A stretch of 63,439 nucleotides of DNA, counting the filler, from Octopus bimaculoides (lineage: Eukaryota), in the NCBI RefSeq assembly GCF_001194135.2. It is 5 parts of 5 records of this genome, joined end to end, with 100 filler letters (N's around TTAATTAATTAA, not from the genome) between each part and the next. Parts side by side here need not be neighbours in the genome. Positions count along the whole stretch, not along the records: positions 4,333 to 29,102 come from NC_068982.1; 4 more parts are not named here. One strand, given 5' to 3'. Below, piece after piece: positions 11,480 to 24,589 of the stretch. Below the pieces are notes generated by a model, which did not search any database, was not told the DNA's origin, and was given only the letters and a program-made list of their open reading frames with translations. Position 1 is the stretch's first letter. Each line of letters starts with the position of its first letter. Made by a program: the position numbers and the translations under genes.

Positions 11480-12440
11480 TTTGGATTGGTCAAGGTATTT
11501 GATCCTTCTTGAAATTGTCATAGTTCGATATTATAATAAAGATATTTTAGAAAGACCCTTGCCTTACTGAGCCCCCAACTGAAAAGATCCCTCTTCTTTC
11601 GATTCCTCAAAGTGTAATGTTATATGACAGTCTATCATTTCTTTGATCAGTTCTTTTTGTTTTTAGTAAACTCTATAGGTCATTTCAATTACAGGAGCTA
11701 GGCAGTTCTCCAGTATGGCCTCCTTCTCCATATTTATAGGCCAGTCTTGAAGTGTCATCTGACCAAAGCATTTGTTGATCTCCCATTACTCGTTCTCAGA
11801 TGTTTGAGTGTCTTCCACTGAATTCATAGTACTTCTGGGCCAGAAGAAAGATCTTTCGTTGGGGAAAATTTTCTGTATCGATTGGAGGAGGCTAGTTTTC
11901 AAGCCTTTTTGTCCAGAGTTTGATTTCTTCCTGAGATACTTTGAAGGGCTGGATATAGGTGAAGAAGTTTCTTCTTGACTTCAGTCGACGGACCAACAGT
12001 AGACGCCCATGGAGGAGGTGGTGTCATCATTAGACTACATTGTCATCTCGACTCAGCTGGTCATTTCTTGTCTGGTGTCCGCAGAGGAAACGCCATCAAG
12101 AAACTGCAGGTTGCTTGCATTGGCGGGTTCCATCCAACCGGAGATCAGGTGACAGGTGATGTTCAACGTTGGGTTTAATTTCCTGGTATGGATTGGTATC
12201 TCCAAAGTAGAATATGCGCTCGCCACAGAGGAATAGCACAAGGGTAAGCTACGAACATGATGAAGATTCTACTCATTGGGATTAAGCAAAATAGTTTTCC
12301 CACGTTATGAAATCGAGTCATTTCTTGGGGTTAGATAGCTTCCACAGAAAAATCAACAGGATATTTTTGTCAGGTCATTAAAGATGAAATCAAGAACTTT
12401 TATTTGTGGCGGTTCAGGAAAACTTATAAATAAAGTTCTC
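11480..12440 (-). pseudogene. Decayed long reading frame of unknown origin, possibly retroelement ORF1-like
   Basis: One minus frame (containing the 12053-12241 ORF) stays largely open for about 300 codons with scattered stops and an S/T-rich middle; no diagnostic motif. Confidence 0.3.
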
Positions 12441-12880
12441 CTTATTAAGATTGTTGATTGCATTATAATAAGAATTCAATTTTAGTTTTAAATAAATGTT
12501 AGTTTTAATTTTTAAAAGTTTTGTATACATTAAAGAATTTAATTTTAACTGAAAGAGATATTTTTTATAAAACTTCCAACATGTTTTAAATGCTCAGTTT
12601 AACGTTTGTGATATAGGAAATAGACTGACACAGACTTACAACGGGGATAATTCTACAAAACAGTACTATTCAGATATACTCTTTTCGTTGAAATCAAAAA
12701 GCTATTAAGATAAGTGAAAGTGAAGAATTATTTTAGAAAAGGCATAACGTTCACGTGGATAAGGTATTGAGTGACCGTTTCCTTGCCTATTTGAAACGCT
12801 ATTTCCCCTCACCAAGAACAATACGTACCAGTTAAACACCGACCATTCTAAGATCTTTGAGATGTCTTTCTTAAGATATT

Positions 12881-13075
12881 TTTAATTAGTTAGCTACTTT
12901 TAATTAGTTAAAATCTTTAATTAGATGAGTTTCATTACTTAAGTGTCTTTAATTAATTAGGTGATTTAATTAGTGGTTTTTAATTAGCTAGATGTCTTTA
13001 ATTAGACGTCTTTAATTAGACGTCTTTAATTATTTAATTATTTAACCGTTTTTAATAAATTAGGTGTCTTAATTG
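12881..13075. repeat. Degenerate ~14-bp minisatellite (GACGTCTTTAATTA-like)
   Basis: Recurrent TCTTTAATTAG units with near-perfect tandem copies around 13000-13035. Confidence 0.75.
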
Positions 13076-14844
13076 ATACCAAGTTGATTTGATCCTATTT
13101 GAGAAGGTTTTCACGAGGGTTTACGTGTTAAGATATTTCTGAAATGCATTATGAAAAGGACCTGAGAATTCGTCATTTTTAAGTCAAATTTCCCTGTTAG
13201 TATTTGACCAGAATGTGACACAAGTCTCCTCTTCTGTGCAGCATCGAAGACAAATAAAAGACAGCTCTTTTATCAGTAAGTTCCCTTCATTTTTACAGAT
13301 TCTATGAATATCTTTGATGACGTCCAAACATAACATTGACATCTTTAAGGTTTGGTTCCAAGGTTGTTGAAAAGTTGATATTTCCAAGAATATTGATTTT
13401 GTTCCAAGTGCAATATTTAATTGGTGCTGTCAGTCGTTTATTTATGCAACTTAAGAATTTATCAACATCACTGGAAGGCATTTCTCGTTATATTCAACGC
13501 TATTGCTTCAGTCTCTGAAACTACCAATTCCAGACATCTGCATATTTATCCCATACTCTTCAACGCTATTCCAGTCACTTTCTTACCTAGTCTTTGATAA
13601 ATCTTTAATTTTCTTCCTTTTATTAATTTTGTCGGTGATTCTCAATAACGTGACCAACACCAGCGTTGACAACAGTGTCAATACTACTAACGTGTGTGTG
13701 TGTTTGTGTGTGTTTATATGTGTGTGTTTATGTGTGTGTGTTTATGTGTGTATGTTTATGTGTGTGGGTTAAATGCGTGCGTATGTTCGTGTGAATGTAT
13801 GTATTTGTGCATCTGCATGTGTGAATTTCACATGTAGGAATATATCTTGTTAAACTTAAACAAAAGGGATCAATAGAACTAATTTATAATCTTCTAAGAA
13901 CTTCGTCAGAGAAAGAATATCTATCATCTGTAAGCACACATGCACACACATCCACACACATTCACGCGCTTATATGTATGTGTATGTTTGTGTGTATGTG
14001 TGAATATGTATGCGTCAGTGTGTGTGTAGAGTAATAAGATCCCCGTGAGTTCCACACACACACATATATACCACCTTCACCGGACCCAACCACTGTATCT
14101 TCTTCATTATGAACTCTTTCCGATGCACCTCAAACAACCTTATATATGTGCTCTAATGTTCTTGACTTGACAACGGATCACCTAGCTCTCGACAGTTTCA
14201 CTCCACTGATCATTTCACCCAGCTCATCTCGATCTTTGTTTTACCCTTTAACACCGGATCCACTATCATTCACCTCCAGAGTGAACAAAAACTCATCTTT
14301 TTATTCCAAATGTAAAAGCTATTAATTCAAATTCACCACCTCACTTCTAGATTGCACTTTACGCCCACTTGCTCTAGAATTATACACCACTTCCCCTTGA
14401 TTCCCCTCACCTTTACCCCTCCATCCTTTTGCATCTCTAATCATAGCTTTGCTGCTACCCTCCACAATCCACATCTCACCCTTTGTCATCATTATTCCTT
14501 CCACACACGTTCATTCGTTCATCTTTCTCTTAAACACACATACATCCACGCAAACACTTCTATCTGTTTTCCATCTTGTCTCGACATGCACACGCAAAGT
14601 GACATGCTGACACACGTAACCATATTCATCGGTATGCAGACACACATAACCACTCTACTACTTTTTTTCATATGCAGATACACATGCACATCACTCTATT
14701 TGCCCTCCTTCTTGTCCCTTTGATTCGCGGACACACACATTCTCACACGCACTGTTTATTCACTTACCTGTGCGCGCGCACATGCACGCACTGCCACTCT
14801 CATGGTTGTTCCCCCATTCTGCATTTATACATGCATACACGCAT

Positions 14845-15810
14845 GTTAATCCGTCGGGTTGGGCTTTGTTGATTGATCAGGTCAAGCGCACCCGGAAAAT
14901 TATTCTTATAGTGTGGACAGGCAGAGATGGTAACTGTTAGAGATTGGACGACACTGATTTTCCTGGCTTCTCTGAGTTGCTCAGCTGTAGCAATCCTGTT
15001 TGCTTCGCAGATGAACAGCTATCCTTTTCGTTTCACATGTGAACAACTGATCTGTTATAAGCTATCTGTTCTCGTGTAGACATACATTTTTGGGGAAGCT
15101 TTAAAAAAATTTTAAGCTCTTTTTCTGGCCTTCTGAAAATGTTTGCTTTGTTGAATGAAGTTCGCCAACAGTTTCTTTGTGAGCTGGTGTTCTGCCATAT
15201 GAACTACATGACCTACACAGCGAACTTGAGATTGCATTAGGATGGTGTAGATGCTGGGAAGGTAAGTACCTCAGTGTCTAGAATTTTTGTCTCGCCACTT
15301 TATGCCAAGAGGTATCCTAACACAGGTAATGTGGGAGTGGGTCAATTCCTTAGTATGGTGTTAGTAAACTGTCCACGTTATACAGCCAATGAATAGAGAT
15401 GTAAGAATTAGGGCCCAATACACCTTGATCTTTGTTTCTATAGTGATTCCTTTCCTGCTTCACACGTTCTTATAGAACTTCCAAAGGCAACACATGCTAT
15501 ATTTCTGGAGATTGTGCTCCCAAGGTATGTAAACTTATCCACTGCATACAGTCGTTGTCCATTGACGGTGATGGTGGGTTAAGCGTGGGGATTTCCAGGA
15601 GCTAACTGATACATTTCTTCCATCTTCTTTGTACTGGTTGTGAGGCCGAAGGTTTTGCAAGCCTCAAAGAACTAGTAAACATTGTGATGCATGTCAGCTT
15701 CGAAGGTAGAGTTGAAGACACAGTCATCAATATACAGGAATTCATTGATAGCATCTATCATAATCTTGTTTTATTTTGCTTGATGCCTCCTGAGATTAAG
15801 AAGTAAGCCA
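14845..15810 (-). mobile_element. RTE (BovB-like) LINE, 3' part, decayed
   Basis: Minus frames give fragments of the RTE RT C-terminus: EFLYIDDC, FGLT..KK.E, ITVNGQRL..VDKFTYLGSTIS, GITIETKIKVY, DTEVL, GHVVHMAEHQL.KKL; many stops and frameshifts. Confidence 0.8.
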
Positions 15811-15923
15811 TCAGTGCGGTATTTAATGCCGATACTTATGTCTGTGTCTTTCAAGGTATGGCTGAAAACATGAGACTGAACAGAGTTGGAGCAAGGCCAC
15901 AACCCTACTTGAATTCATTTGAG

Positions 15924-15975
<52 letters not shown>

Positions 15976-16425
15976 NNNNNNNNNNNNNNNNNNNNNNNNN
16001 NNNNNNNNNNNNNNNNNNNNNNNNNNNNNNNNNNNNNNNNNNNNNNNNNNNNNNNNNNNNNNNNNNNNNNNNNNNNNNNNNNNNNNNNNNNNNNNNNNNN
16101 NNNNNNNNNNNNNNNNNNNNNNNNNNNNNNNNNNNNNNNNNNNNNNNNNNNNNNNNNNNNNNNNNNNNNNNNNNNNNNNNNNNNNNNNNNNNNNNNNNNN
16201 NNNNNNNNNNNNNNNNNNNNNNNNNNNNNNNNNNNNNNNNNNNNNNNNNNNNNNNNNNNNNNNNNNNNNNNNNNNNNNNNNNNNNNNNNNNNNNNNNNNN
16301 NNNNNNNNNNNNNNNNNNNNNNNNNNNNNNNNNNNNNNNNNNNNNNNCAAATAAATTAATGTTACACTAGACGTGTAGTCAAAATATTTACAAAAGTAAA
16401 ATATATACAGTTTAGAAATATTGAT

Positions 16426-16600
16426 TCAGAAATTTGGTTTCATAAACTTGATTTCATAAATTTGGATTCGTAAATTTGGTTTCGTTGGATTCATAAATTT
16501 GGATTCATAAATTTGGTTTCATAAATTTGGGTTCCAAAATTTGGTTTCATAAATTTGGATTCCGAAATTTGATTTCATAAATTTGGTTTTCGAAATTTGC
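16426..16600. repeat. 14-bp minisatellite (ATAAATTTGGTTTC/ATTC), about 12 copies
   Basis: Tandem repetition seen directly. Confidence 0.9.
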
Positions 16601-17058
16601 ACCCAGATGTGACACAGAAATTATTTAAATCTGACAAGCAAAAGTTCTGGCGAATTCCTGGAACATAAAATAAATCCATAAAATCCTAACACAAAACACA
16701 AATGCAAAAACTACACAGGTAATCATAGCTTTCCGTATCTAATTGAACAACCTTCTCTCACAGAAAAAAAGCTTTAACTGTCACAAAAACTGAGTGTACA
16801 ATTATCTCTGCTTATAAAGGTTTGCTAAGGTCTAGGCAATTTGTTAGAGTTTCACAGTTTGGCTATTTACACCTAACTTCCCCAATTTTGACAATGGACT
16901 TCATCCTGACCTTACAGTACAGCATACAAAACTGTCTGTTTACTTGTTAAAATTTATAATGCAGTGTAGGTAACACTGCCCAATAATAATATTATTTCGT
17001 AATATATTCATAAAGCAGGCATAATTTTTAAGGAAGACCTTAATTTCCTAACAACACA

Positions 17059-17103
<45 letters not shown>

Positions 17104-17996
17104 ATACATACACACATATACAAATATAGACACTACATCTGCTGTTTCTCTCCTCTTACTTTCTTCTCTTTTGCCAAAAGGTAAATTCAATTCCCACCAA
17201 AAATTTCTTTTTCCATTGCGAGCATCACGTCTCTTCATCATAGTTATTTCTTTTCTGGGTAATTTACCAGCTTCCTCACAGTTACGTTTTCTCTTTTGTG
17301 GATTTTAAGTTTCTTACTATCATCTGAAAATTCTACCAAACTCTCCAGACCTTTTNNNNNNNNNNNNNNNNNNNNNNNNNNNNNNNNNNNNNNNNNNNNN
17401 NNNNNNNNNNNNNNNNNNNNNNNNNNNNNNNNNNNNNNNNNNNNNNNNNNNNNNNNNNNNNNNNNNNNNNNNNNNNNNNNNNNNNNNNNNNNNNNNNNNN
17501 NNNNNNNNNNNNNNNNNNNNNNNNNNNNNNNNNNNNNNNNNNNNNNNNNNNNNNNNNNNNNNNNNNNNNNNNNNNNNNNNNNNNNNNNNNNNNNNNNNNN
17601 NNNNNNNNNNNNNNNNNNNNNNNNNNNNNNNNNNNNNNNNNNNNNNNNNNNNNNNNNNNNNNNNNNNNNNNNNNNNNNNNNNNNNNNNNNNNNNNNNNNN
17701 NNNNNNNNNNNNNNNNNNNNNNNNNNNNNNNNNNNNNNNNNNNNNNNNNNNNNNNNNNNNNNNNNNNNNNNNNNNNNNNNNNNNNNNNNNNNNNNNNNNN
17801 NNNNNNNNNNNNNNNNNNNNNNNNNNNNNNNNNNNNNNNNNNNNNNNNNNNNNNNNNNNNNNNNNNNNNNNNNNNNNNNNNNNNNNNNNNNNNNNNNNNN
17901 NNNNNNNNNNNNNNNNNNNNNNNNNNNNNNNNNNNNNNNNNNNNNNNNNNNNNNNNNNNNNNNNNNNNNNNNNNNNNNNNNNNNNNNNNNNNNNNN

Positions 17997-18056
<60 letters not shown>

Positions 18057-18538
18057 ACACACATCATAACACCTCGTTTCTTACTGTTTGCTTCACCAGT
18101 TTGTTTTCCCCTTCACACTTTTGCATCCGATCTCAACTCCTAAAATACATGCTTTCCCATTACTCAACAACCTACACACATACACACACATATGCACAAA
18201 CACACGATAACACCACTATACTTACACTCTTGCACACATGAGCGCACGTACACACATGGAAGTGTTGTTGTCACTGTTGGTTGATGACTGGTATTGACGC
18301 TATTATCGGGGGATGTCGATTTCTTACTTTGAATTATATTCTCGTACTGTGTTGTTACTTTGGTTGCTTTTGTTGTTGCTCCTGCTGCTGTTTCTTATCA
18401 TAATGGTAGCGTCGTCCACTGCATTTTGAACTAGGTTAACCTCCCTTTCCATTTGAAGTTTGAGGACTCTGGCATGTATTGCAACTCTCTCTCAGAGCTA
18501 CTCTGACTTCCTCCTCCATTTACTGAGCAGGGCGGACA

Positions 18539-18756
18539 TCACTATGCTTGTTTTCTTAATTATTTTTTTTCCAGAACAGAATTAAAATATTCTTTTTCGA
18601 ATTTGAGCCCCCAAATGGGCACAAACAGATGAACAAACCGTTCCTATGATGCTCTGGTGGCTTCATCAAACGATTTGTAACAAAATTAAATAATTAGTAA
18701 CTTTTGAAGACAAATAAACAGATACCTTACGGGCGATACGACGCACGTCCAACTAA
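18539..18756 (+). mobile_element. Possible non-autonomous mini-Helitron
   Basis: 3' GC hairpin ACGGGCG-ATACGA-CGCACGT (one mismatch) 4 nt before CTAA, followed by T. Candidate 5' TC preceded by A at 18538. The 5' boundary is a guess. Confidence 0.4.
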
Positions 18757-18804
18757 TGCGAATAATAATAGTAATAATAATAACAATAATAGTAATAATA
18801 ATAC

Positions 18805-19262
18805 TCCTGATCTAAATCAAGCCAAGGAGTTCTGGAGCAGATTATGGGGATACAATGTGGTGCATAAAAGGGATGCAATGTAGACAGGAACTATCAAGAC
18901 AGAATTACAAGGAGGAAAGAAACAATGGAATATTGTCATAAACACGAATGATGTGGAAGATTAAGTGGGTGAAGTGCCTAACTGGAAAGCCCCCGGACTA
19001 GATAGGATTCATGGCTTCTGGTTGAAGAGATGCTATGCGGTGCATAAAAGACTAGCAGCCCAATTGAATGAGTGTGTCCAGAAAAGTACAGTCCTCGCGT
19101 GGATGATGACTGGGAGGACAACACTTATAATGAAAGATAGAAGTTGCGATGGTCAGATATAGTGCGTCCGTCCTCAGATCAACACTGGATAGAAGGACTA
19201 GAAAGTTTATGACGCTGCGTGGGGCGCTACACCCAAAAGCAAACGTGTGCAAAAGATTATCT
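18805..19262 (+). mobile_element. R4/Dong-like RT fragment with internal deletion
   Basis: PNWKAPGLDRIHGFWLK...WMMTGRTTLIMKD then jumps to RRTRKFMTLRGALHPK; flanked by AAT-rich repeats. Confidence 0.75.
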
Positions 19263-19554
19263 TAACTGGTACGTCACTGTGAATTTCCTTAAACAAACCA
19301 AGGTCATGCGCTTGATATGACATAATAATAATAATAATAATAANNNNNNNNNNNNNNNNNNNNNNNNNNNNNNNNNNNNNNNNNNNNNNNNNNNNNNNNN
19401 NNNNNNNNNNNNNNNNNNNNNNNNNNNNNNNNNNNNNNNNNNNNNNNNNNNNNNNNNNNNNNNNNNNNNNNNNNNNNNNNNNNNNNNNNNNNNNNNNNNN
19501 NNNNNNNNNNNNNNNNNNNNNNNNNNNNNNNNNNNNNNNNNNNNNNNNNNNNNN

Positions 19555-22500
19555 ATATCATCTCCACTGCTCGCACAGTACATGTAAACACGCTGGTTAC
19601 ATCAACACCAGACCATTTCCGGCCCCAAACACCATGTACAAAAAAATTATAAATAGATTAAATAATACCGGTATTATTCCACCCAAGAATAACAACCGAG
19701 AAATGCGTACTCTAAACTTGTTACGCAAGAAGTACGAAGAGCTGCACGTGCAAGACAATCTTACAACAGAAATGAAAGGACCGGTACTCTACGAAAATGA
19801 TGACCGTCAAAATAAAGGGCCGGACGTTGTTCCTCATGTCCGGCAAATAAAACCAAAACGGCATAAATGGACACGTGAGGAATACATTTCGATCCTAAAC
19901 CCTTACTTTACAGCAGTGCTCTACCCAAAGAACGAAAACTCAACAATACATACATATAAAATATGGAGGAAAAATAACCTAAATAAACACCTGGATACAA
20001 CAATGAACCCTAATAAACTAGCTAACATAGGAAGATATATTCTCAAAGCAAAAAATATATCAGAAATAGAAATAGAACAATTGAAAGGAAAAATACATCA
20101 GGAAAATCTAGATAGTAGCCACAAAACAATGCCAAATAATAATATTAACATTGAGAGAGTAAATAATGGCGACAAACGTAACATTTCCACCAAAAACGAA
20201 GTAAACAAAAAACAACAAACCCAGACCGTAGAGATGTATAATAGTGTACAAAAAGCACCATAGACAAACATATGAATGAAAAGGAAGGCAAAACAAATAT
20301 AAAGCCTGGAAATAACGAAGGGAAACCTAATAATTACGATACTATGAAAATGAAAATAACCGAAGAACTGAAAACCACAGATCTTAGAATGGACCACAGA
20401 TTATATCTCCCAAAAATCAAAATAGACAATAAAACAACATCAATAATAAATAGGATAAACCTGGCCGTCACGGAACTAACAGCCACAGAAACAACTGGCA
20501 ATNNNNNNNNNNNNNNNNNNNNNNNNNNNNNNNNNNNNNNNNNNNNNNNNNNNNNNNNNNNNNNNNNNNNNNNNNNNNNNNNNNNNNNNNNNNNNNNNNN
20601 NNNNNNNNNNNNNNNNNNNNNNNNNNNNNNNNNNNNNNNNNNNNNNNNNNNNNNNNNNNNNNNNNNNNNNNNNNNNNNNNNNNNNNNNNNNNNNNNNNNN
20701 NNNNNNNNNNNNNNNNNNNNNNNNNNNNNNNNNNNNNNNNNNNNNNNNNNNNNNNNNNNNNNNNNNNNNNNNNNNNNNNNNNNNNNNNNNNNNNNNNNNN
20801 NNNNNNNNNNNNNNNNNNNNNNNNNNNNNNNNNNNNNNNNNNNNNNNNNNNNNNNNNNNNNNNNNNNNNNNNNNNNNNNNNNNNNNNNNNNNNNNNNNNN
20901 NNNNNNNGAATTTTGGAAAGAAATATGGTCGGTGAAGCAACAACCTCAAAAAAGGACCATTAAAACAACGAACTTAGCACCTGAGCAACTCTGGACCCCT
21001 ATAACAACTGAAGAGGTCACCCAGGCACTGCAAAGACTAAGCAACTGGAAGGCACCTGGGCACGACAAGATCCCCAACTTCTGGTTAAAATACCTGACAG
21101 GAATGCACAAAAAGCTGGCTGAGAACTTTAACATACTAGCAGAGCCAGACACAATGCCTGAATGGCTCACGAAAGGGAAACCATCTTAATTCCCAAATCC
21201 ATGGAAACGGAGAAACCACAAAACTACAGACCTATAACATGTCTCCCTACAATCTACAAAGCCTTTACTGCAATAATATCGCAGAGATTGAGTAAGCACC
21301 TGGAAGATAACCACCTATTTCCAGAAGAGCTGAAGGAATGCTGCAAGTGCTCATACGGCTGTAAAGATCAATTAATGATCAATAAAGCCATAACTGAAGA
21401 CAGCCGCAGAAAGAAGAAAAGCCTCAGTATGGCCTGGGTCGACTACCGAAAGGCTTTCGAGAGTGTTCCTCACACGGGGATCCTCGAAACACTAACCATA
21501 AAGAAGGTGGCACCAATTATTATAAAATACATAAGGCACTCTATGAATAAATAGCAGACAGTGATACAGCTCCAAACAAAAGAGGAACTCGTGAAAACGA
21601 AAGCCAGCCCCATTAGGAGAGGAATATTCCAGGGAGACACGCTCTCTCCACTCCTATTCTGCCTGACATTCACACCTTTAACGGACTTGCTAAATAGAAC
21701 TGGATGCGGATACAAATGTTACAGCAAAACAGTTAGCCACCTTTTATATATGGAAGACCTAAAATTATACGCTAGAGATGATAAAGAGCTGGAAACACTA
21801 CTACAGACAGTACATGGATTTACCAAAGAAATAGATATGAAATTTGGATTAGAAAAATGTGCCAAAGCAACCCTGACAAGAGGAAAACTAGTTAAGAGTA
21901 GCAATATAACACTAGATAAAGCCAAGGAAATAAGAGAACTAGACGAAAGCCAGCCATACAAATATTTAGGAATCAATGAACTAGATAGGATACAACACAC
22001 AGAAATGAAAGAGAAAATAAAGAAAGAATACTATAGACGAGTTAGATCAATACTAAAAACAGAGTTCAATGCTAAAAACAAGATAATAGGTATTAACACT
22101 TTAGCCGTCCCAGTTATAAGTTAGAGCTACAATATCCTTAACTGGGCACTAAACGAACTATCTAAAATAGACAGGAAAGCAAGAAAATAATGACAGGATC
22201 TAGGATGCACCACCCAAAATCTGACATAGAAAGGCTATATATACAACGTACAGACGGTGGTAGGGGTCTTATACAGCTGGAAAACTATTATAAAATAGCC
22301 ACCATAGGACTGCAAAAATACCTACTTCAGTAGCAAGGAAAACTAATACAAATAGCCACAAAACACGAGTAAAACAAAAAACTGTTTTCAGTATTTAAGG
22401 AAGCTGACAAATACAAACAAGAAATCATACTACCTAATAAATACGAAGAAGAAGAAGAAGAAGAAGAAGAAGAAGAAGAAGAAGAAGAAGAAGAAGAAGA

Positions 22501-23228
22501 AGAAGAAGAAGANNNNNNNNNNNNNNNNNNNNNNNNNNNNNNNNNNNNNNNNNNNNNNNNNNNNNNNNNNNNNNNNNNNNNNNNNNNNNNNNNNNNNNNN
22601 NNNNNNNNNNNNNNNNNNNNNNNNNNNNNNNNNNNNNNNNNNNNNNNNNNNNNNNNNNNNNNNNNNNNNNNNNNNNNNNNNNNNNNNNNNNNNNNNNNNN
22701 NNNNNNNNNNNNNNNNNNNNNNNNNNNNNNNNNNNNNNNNNNNNNNNNNNNNNNNNNNNNNNNNNNNNNNNNNNNNNNNNNNNNNNNNNNNNNNNNNNNN
22801 NNNNNNNNNNNNNNNNNNNNNNNNNNNNNNNNNNNNNNNNNNNNNNNNNNNNNNNNNNNNNNNNNNNNNNNNNNNNNNNNNNNNNNNNNNNNNNNNNNNN
22901 NNNNNNNNNNNNNNNNNNNNNNNNNNNNNNNNNNNNNNNNNNNNNNNNNNNNNNNNNNNNNNNNNNNNNNNNNNNNNNNNNNNNAAAGACCTGGAAATAG
23001 AGGTAACTCGAATGTGGAAATATTCAGACAAATACATAACAAAAACACCAGGACTTACAAATATATATAACATACAGAAAATTGCACTACTGGGCACTGC
23101 ACACATCCTACGCAAAACACTTTCAATACAGTAACCATAAAAGCATCACAGCAAACCACAGCACATACCCAAGGCACACAGAGCTGCGCTCGGTAGTGGA
23201 GTTAAAGCACGTTATAAAAATAAAACTA

Positions 23229-23231
<3 letters not shown>
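19555..23231 (+). mobile_element. Near full-length R4/Dong-like non-LTR retrotransposon (single ORF, RT + REL), decayed
   Basis: N-terminal RHKWTREEY; RT motifs NWKAPGHD, NYRPITCLPTIYK, YGCKDQL, DYRKAFESVPH, GIFQGDTLSPLLF, LLYMEDLKL (YMDD to YMED), YKYLG; C-terminal IQKIALLGTAHILRK*; 3'UTR then (AAT)n tail. Confidence 0.9.
22446..22512 (+). repeat. (GAA)n inside the Dong ORF, in frame as poly-Glu
   Basis: EADKYKQEIILPNKY-EEEE..., at least 22 units, runs into an N gap. Confidence 0.9.

Positions 23232-23292
<61 letters not shown>
23232..23292. repeat. (AAT)n tail or target of the Dong element
   Basis: About 20 perfect units directly after the 3'UTR. Confidence 0.95.
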
Positions 23293-23293
<1 letters not shown>

Positions 23294-23380
23294 GCAGCAG
23301 CAGCAGCAGCTGGAGAAGCAGAAATACGATTACAACCCAGCTGTACAACTGAACTCCTCTTTCAAAATTACATTAAATAT

Positions 23381-23790
23381 CTACAATTTTCTGTGAGTAT
23401 TTAAGTCTTTTCTCTGATTATTCGAATATGCAATCATCTCTTCTATCACAAGAACACTCTTAAATGCCTCCGCACATTTTACATAAACCTCTTCAAAATA
23501 AGGGTCTCTCTGCGAGTACATAATTTCTTAATTTCTACTAGTTGTCCAAACACGCAAACATTCCTCTTTCACATAACTTTAAAAAAAGTTGAATAACTAC
23601 AATTTTCTGTGTACTGATAGAAAATTTCTTTTCCTTGGATTATTCGAATATGTAAACATTTCTTCTATCACAAGAACACTTTTAAACGTCTCCAGATATC
23701 TAGCTAAAGTAACTTCAAATTAAGCGACTTTCTGTGAGTACATAATTTCTTAATTTCTTCTAGATTTTCGAGCAGGTAAAACATTCTTCT
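23381..23790. repeat. Diverged tandem duplication, period about 216 bp
   Basis: CTACAATTTTCTGTG at 23381 and 23597; shared blocks GATTATTCGAATATG, CTTCTATCACAAGAACACT and GAGTACATAATTTCTTAATTTCT. Confidence 0.85.
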
Positions 23791-24378
23791 TTCATACCCA
23801 GGAAAAATTGAAGCTCCTCCAAAATTTAAAACTCAAAACACTTTCCAGAACTGAATACAAACACAGAAGATAAGCAATTGCCACATTAATAAACCGTAAA
23901 GCACAGTAACTTCATTTAATATTTAAAAACAATTAACGGTGATTGAAACAGAGTAAAGTAAATCAGTTCTCAAAATCTACCATCACTCTCATTAATGATA
24001 GTAGTAGTAACTTGTACTGTTCTAATCACATATCTTGACTTTTGCTGACCACATGGGCGCAAACACTGCTTTGTCGGTACTCTGAAAAATCAGCATTGGC
24101 TTCGTTTGCAGTCACGGAAATAGGATATTAATTTTTGTACACTTAAGTGTACATGAGGAACAAGAGAAAAATATTTTGAAATAAACTTTTCTTTCTAAAC
24201 GCAAATGTAAAGTTACGTGTTTGCTAAAAGGAAATATATAATCATGAGACAACTCCATGAAATTTCAGGTAACAAGTTTCTCTACCTTTTTGTCACACAG
24301 TGATATTTGGAATAGATGAATTTTGTCTGACAGCCACAACAATTCATCTTGGTTAGGGATTGATTTTATAAGCTAGTG

Positions 24379-24490
24379 TTGAGACGAATTCTTTGGGGTT
24401 TGAATAATTGAACTCTGGAAACATGGCTGTTTCAGTCAACATCCTTAAACAAACCAAGATAAACAGCGCACTGTTTATCTTGATATAATG
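24379..24490 (+). mobile_element. Internally deleted copy of an AAT-tailed SINE-like family (family D)
   Basis: AATTCTTTGGGGTTTGAATAATT...GGAAACATGG...CCTTAAACAA...TTTATCTTGATAT matches the reverse complement of 38691-39059. Confidence 0.7.
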
Positions 24491-24534
24491 ATAATAAAAA
24501 TAAAAATAACAACAACAACAACAACAACAACAAC

Positions 24535-24587
<53 letters not shown>

Positions 24588-24589
<2 letters not shown>

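Noticed and set aside
14050-14500. Possible very old RTE RT C-terminal remnant on the minus strand
   Set aside because: Motif matches are fragmentary and could be chance.
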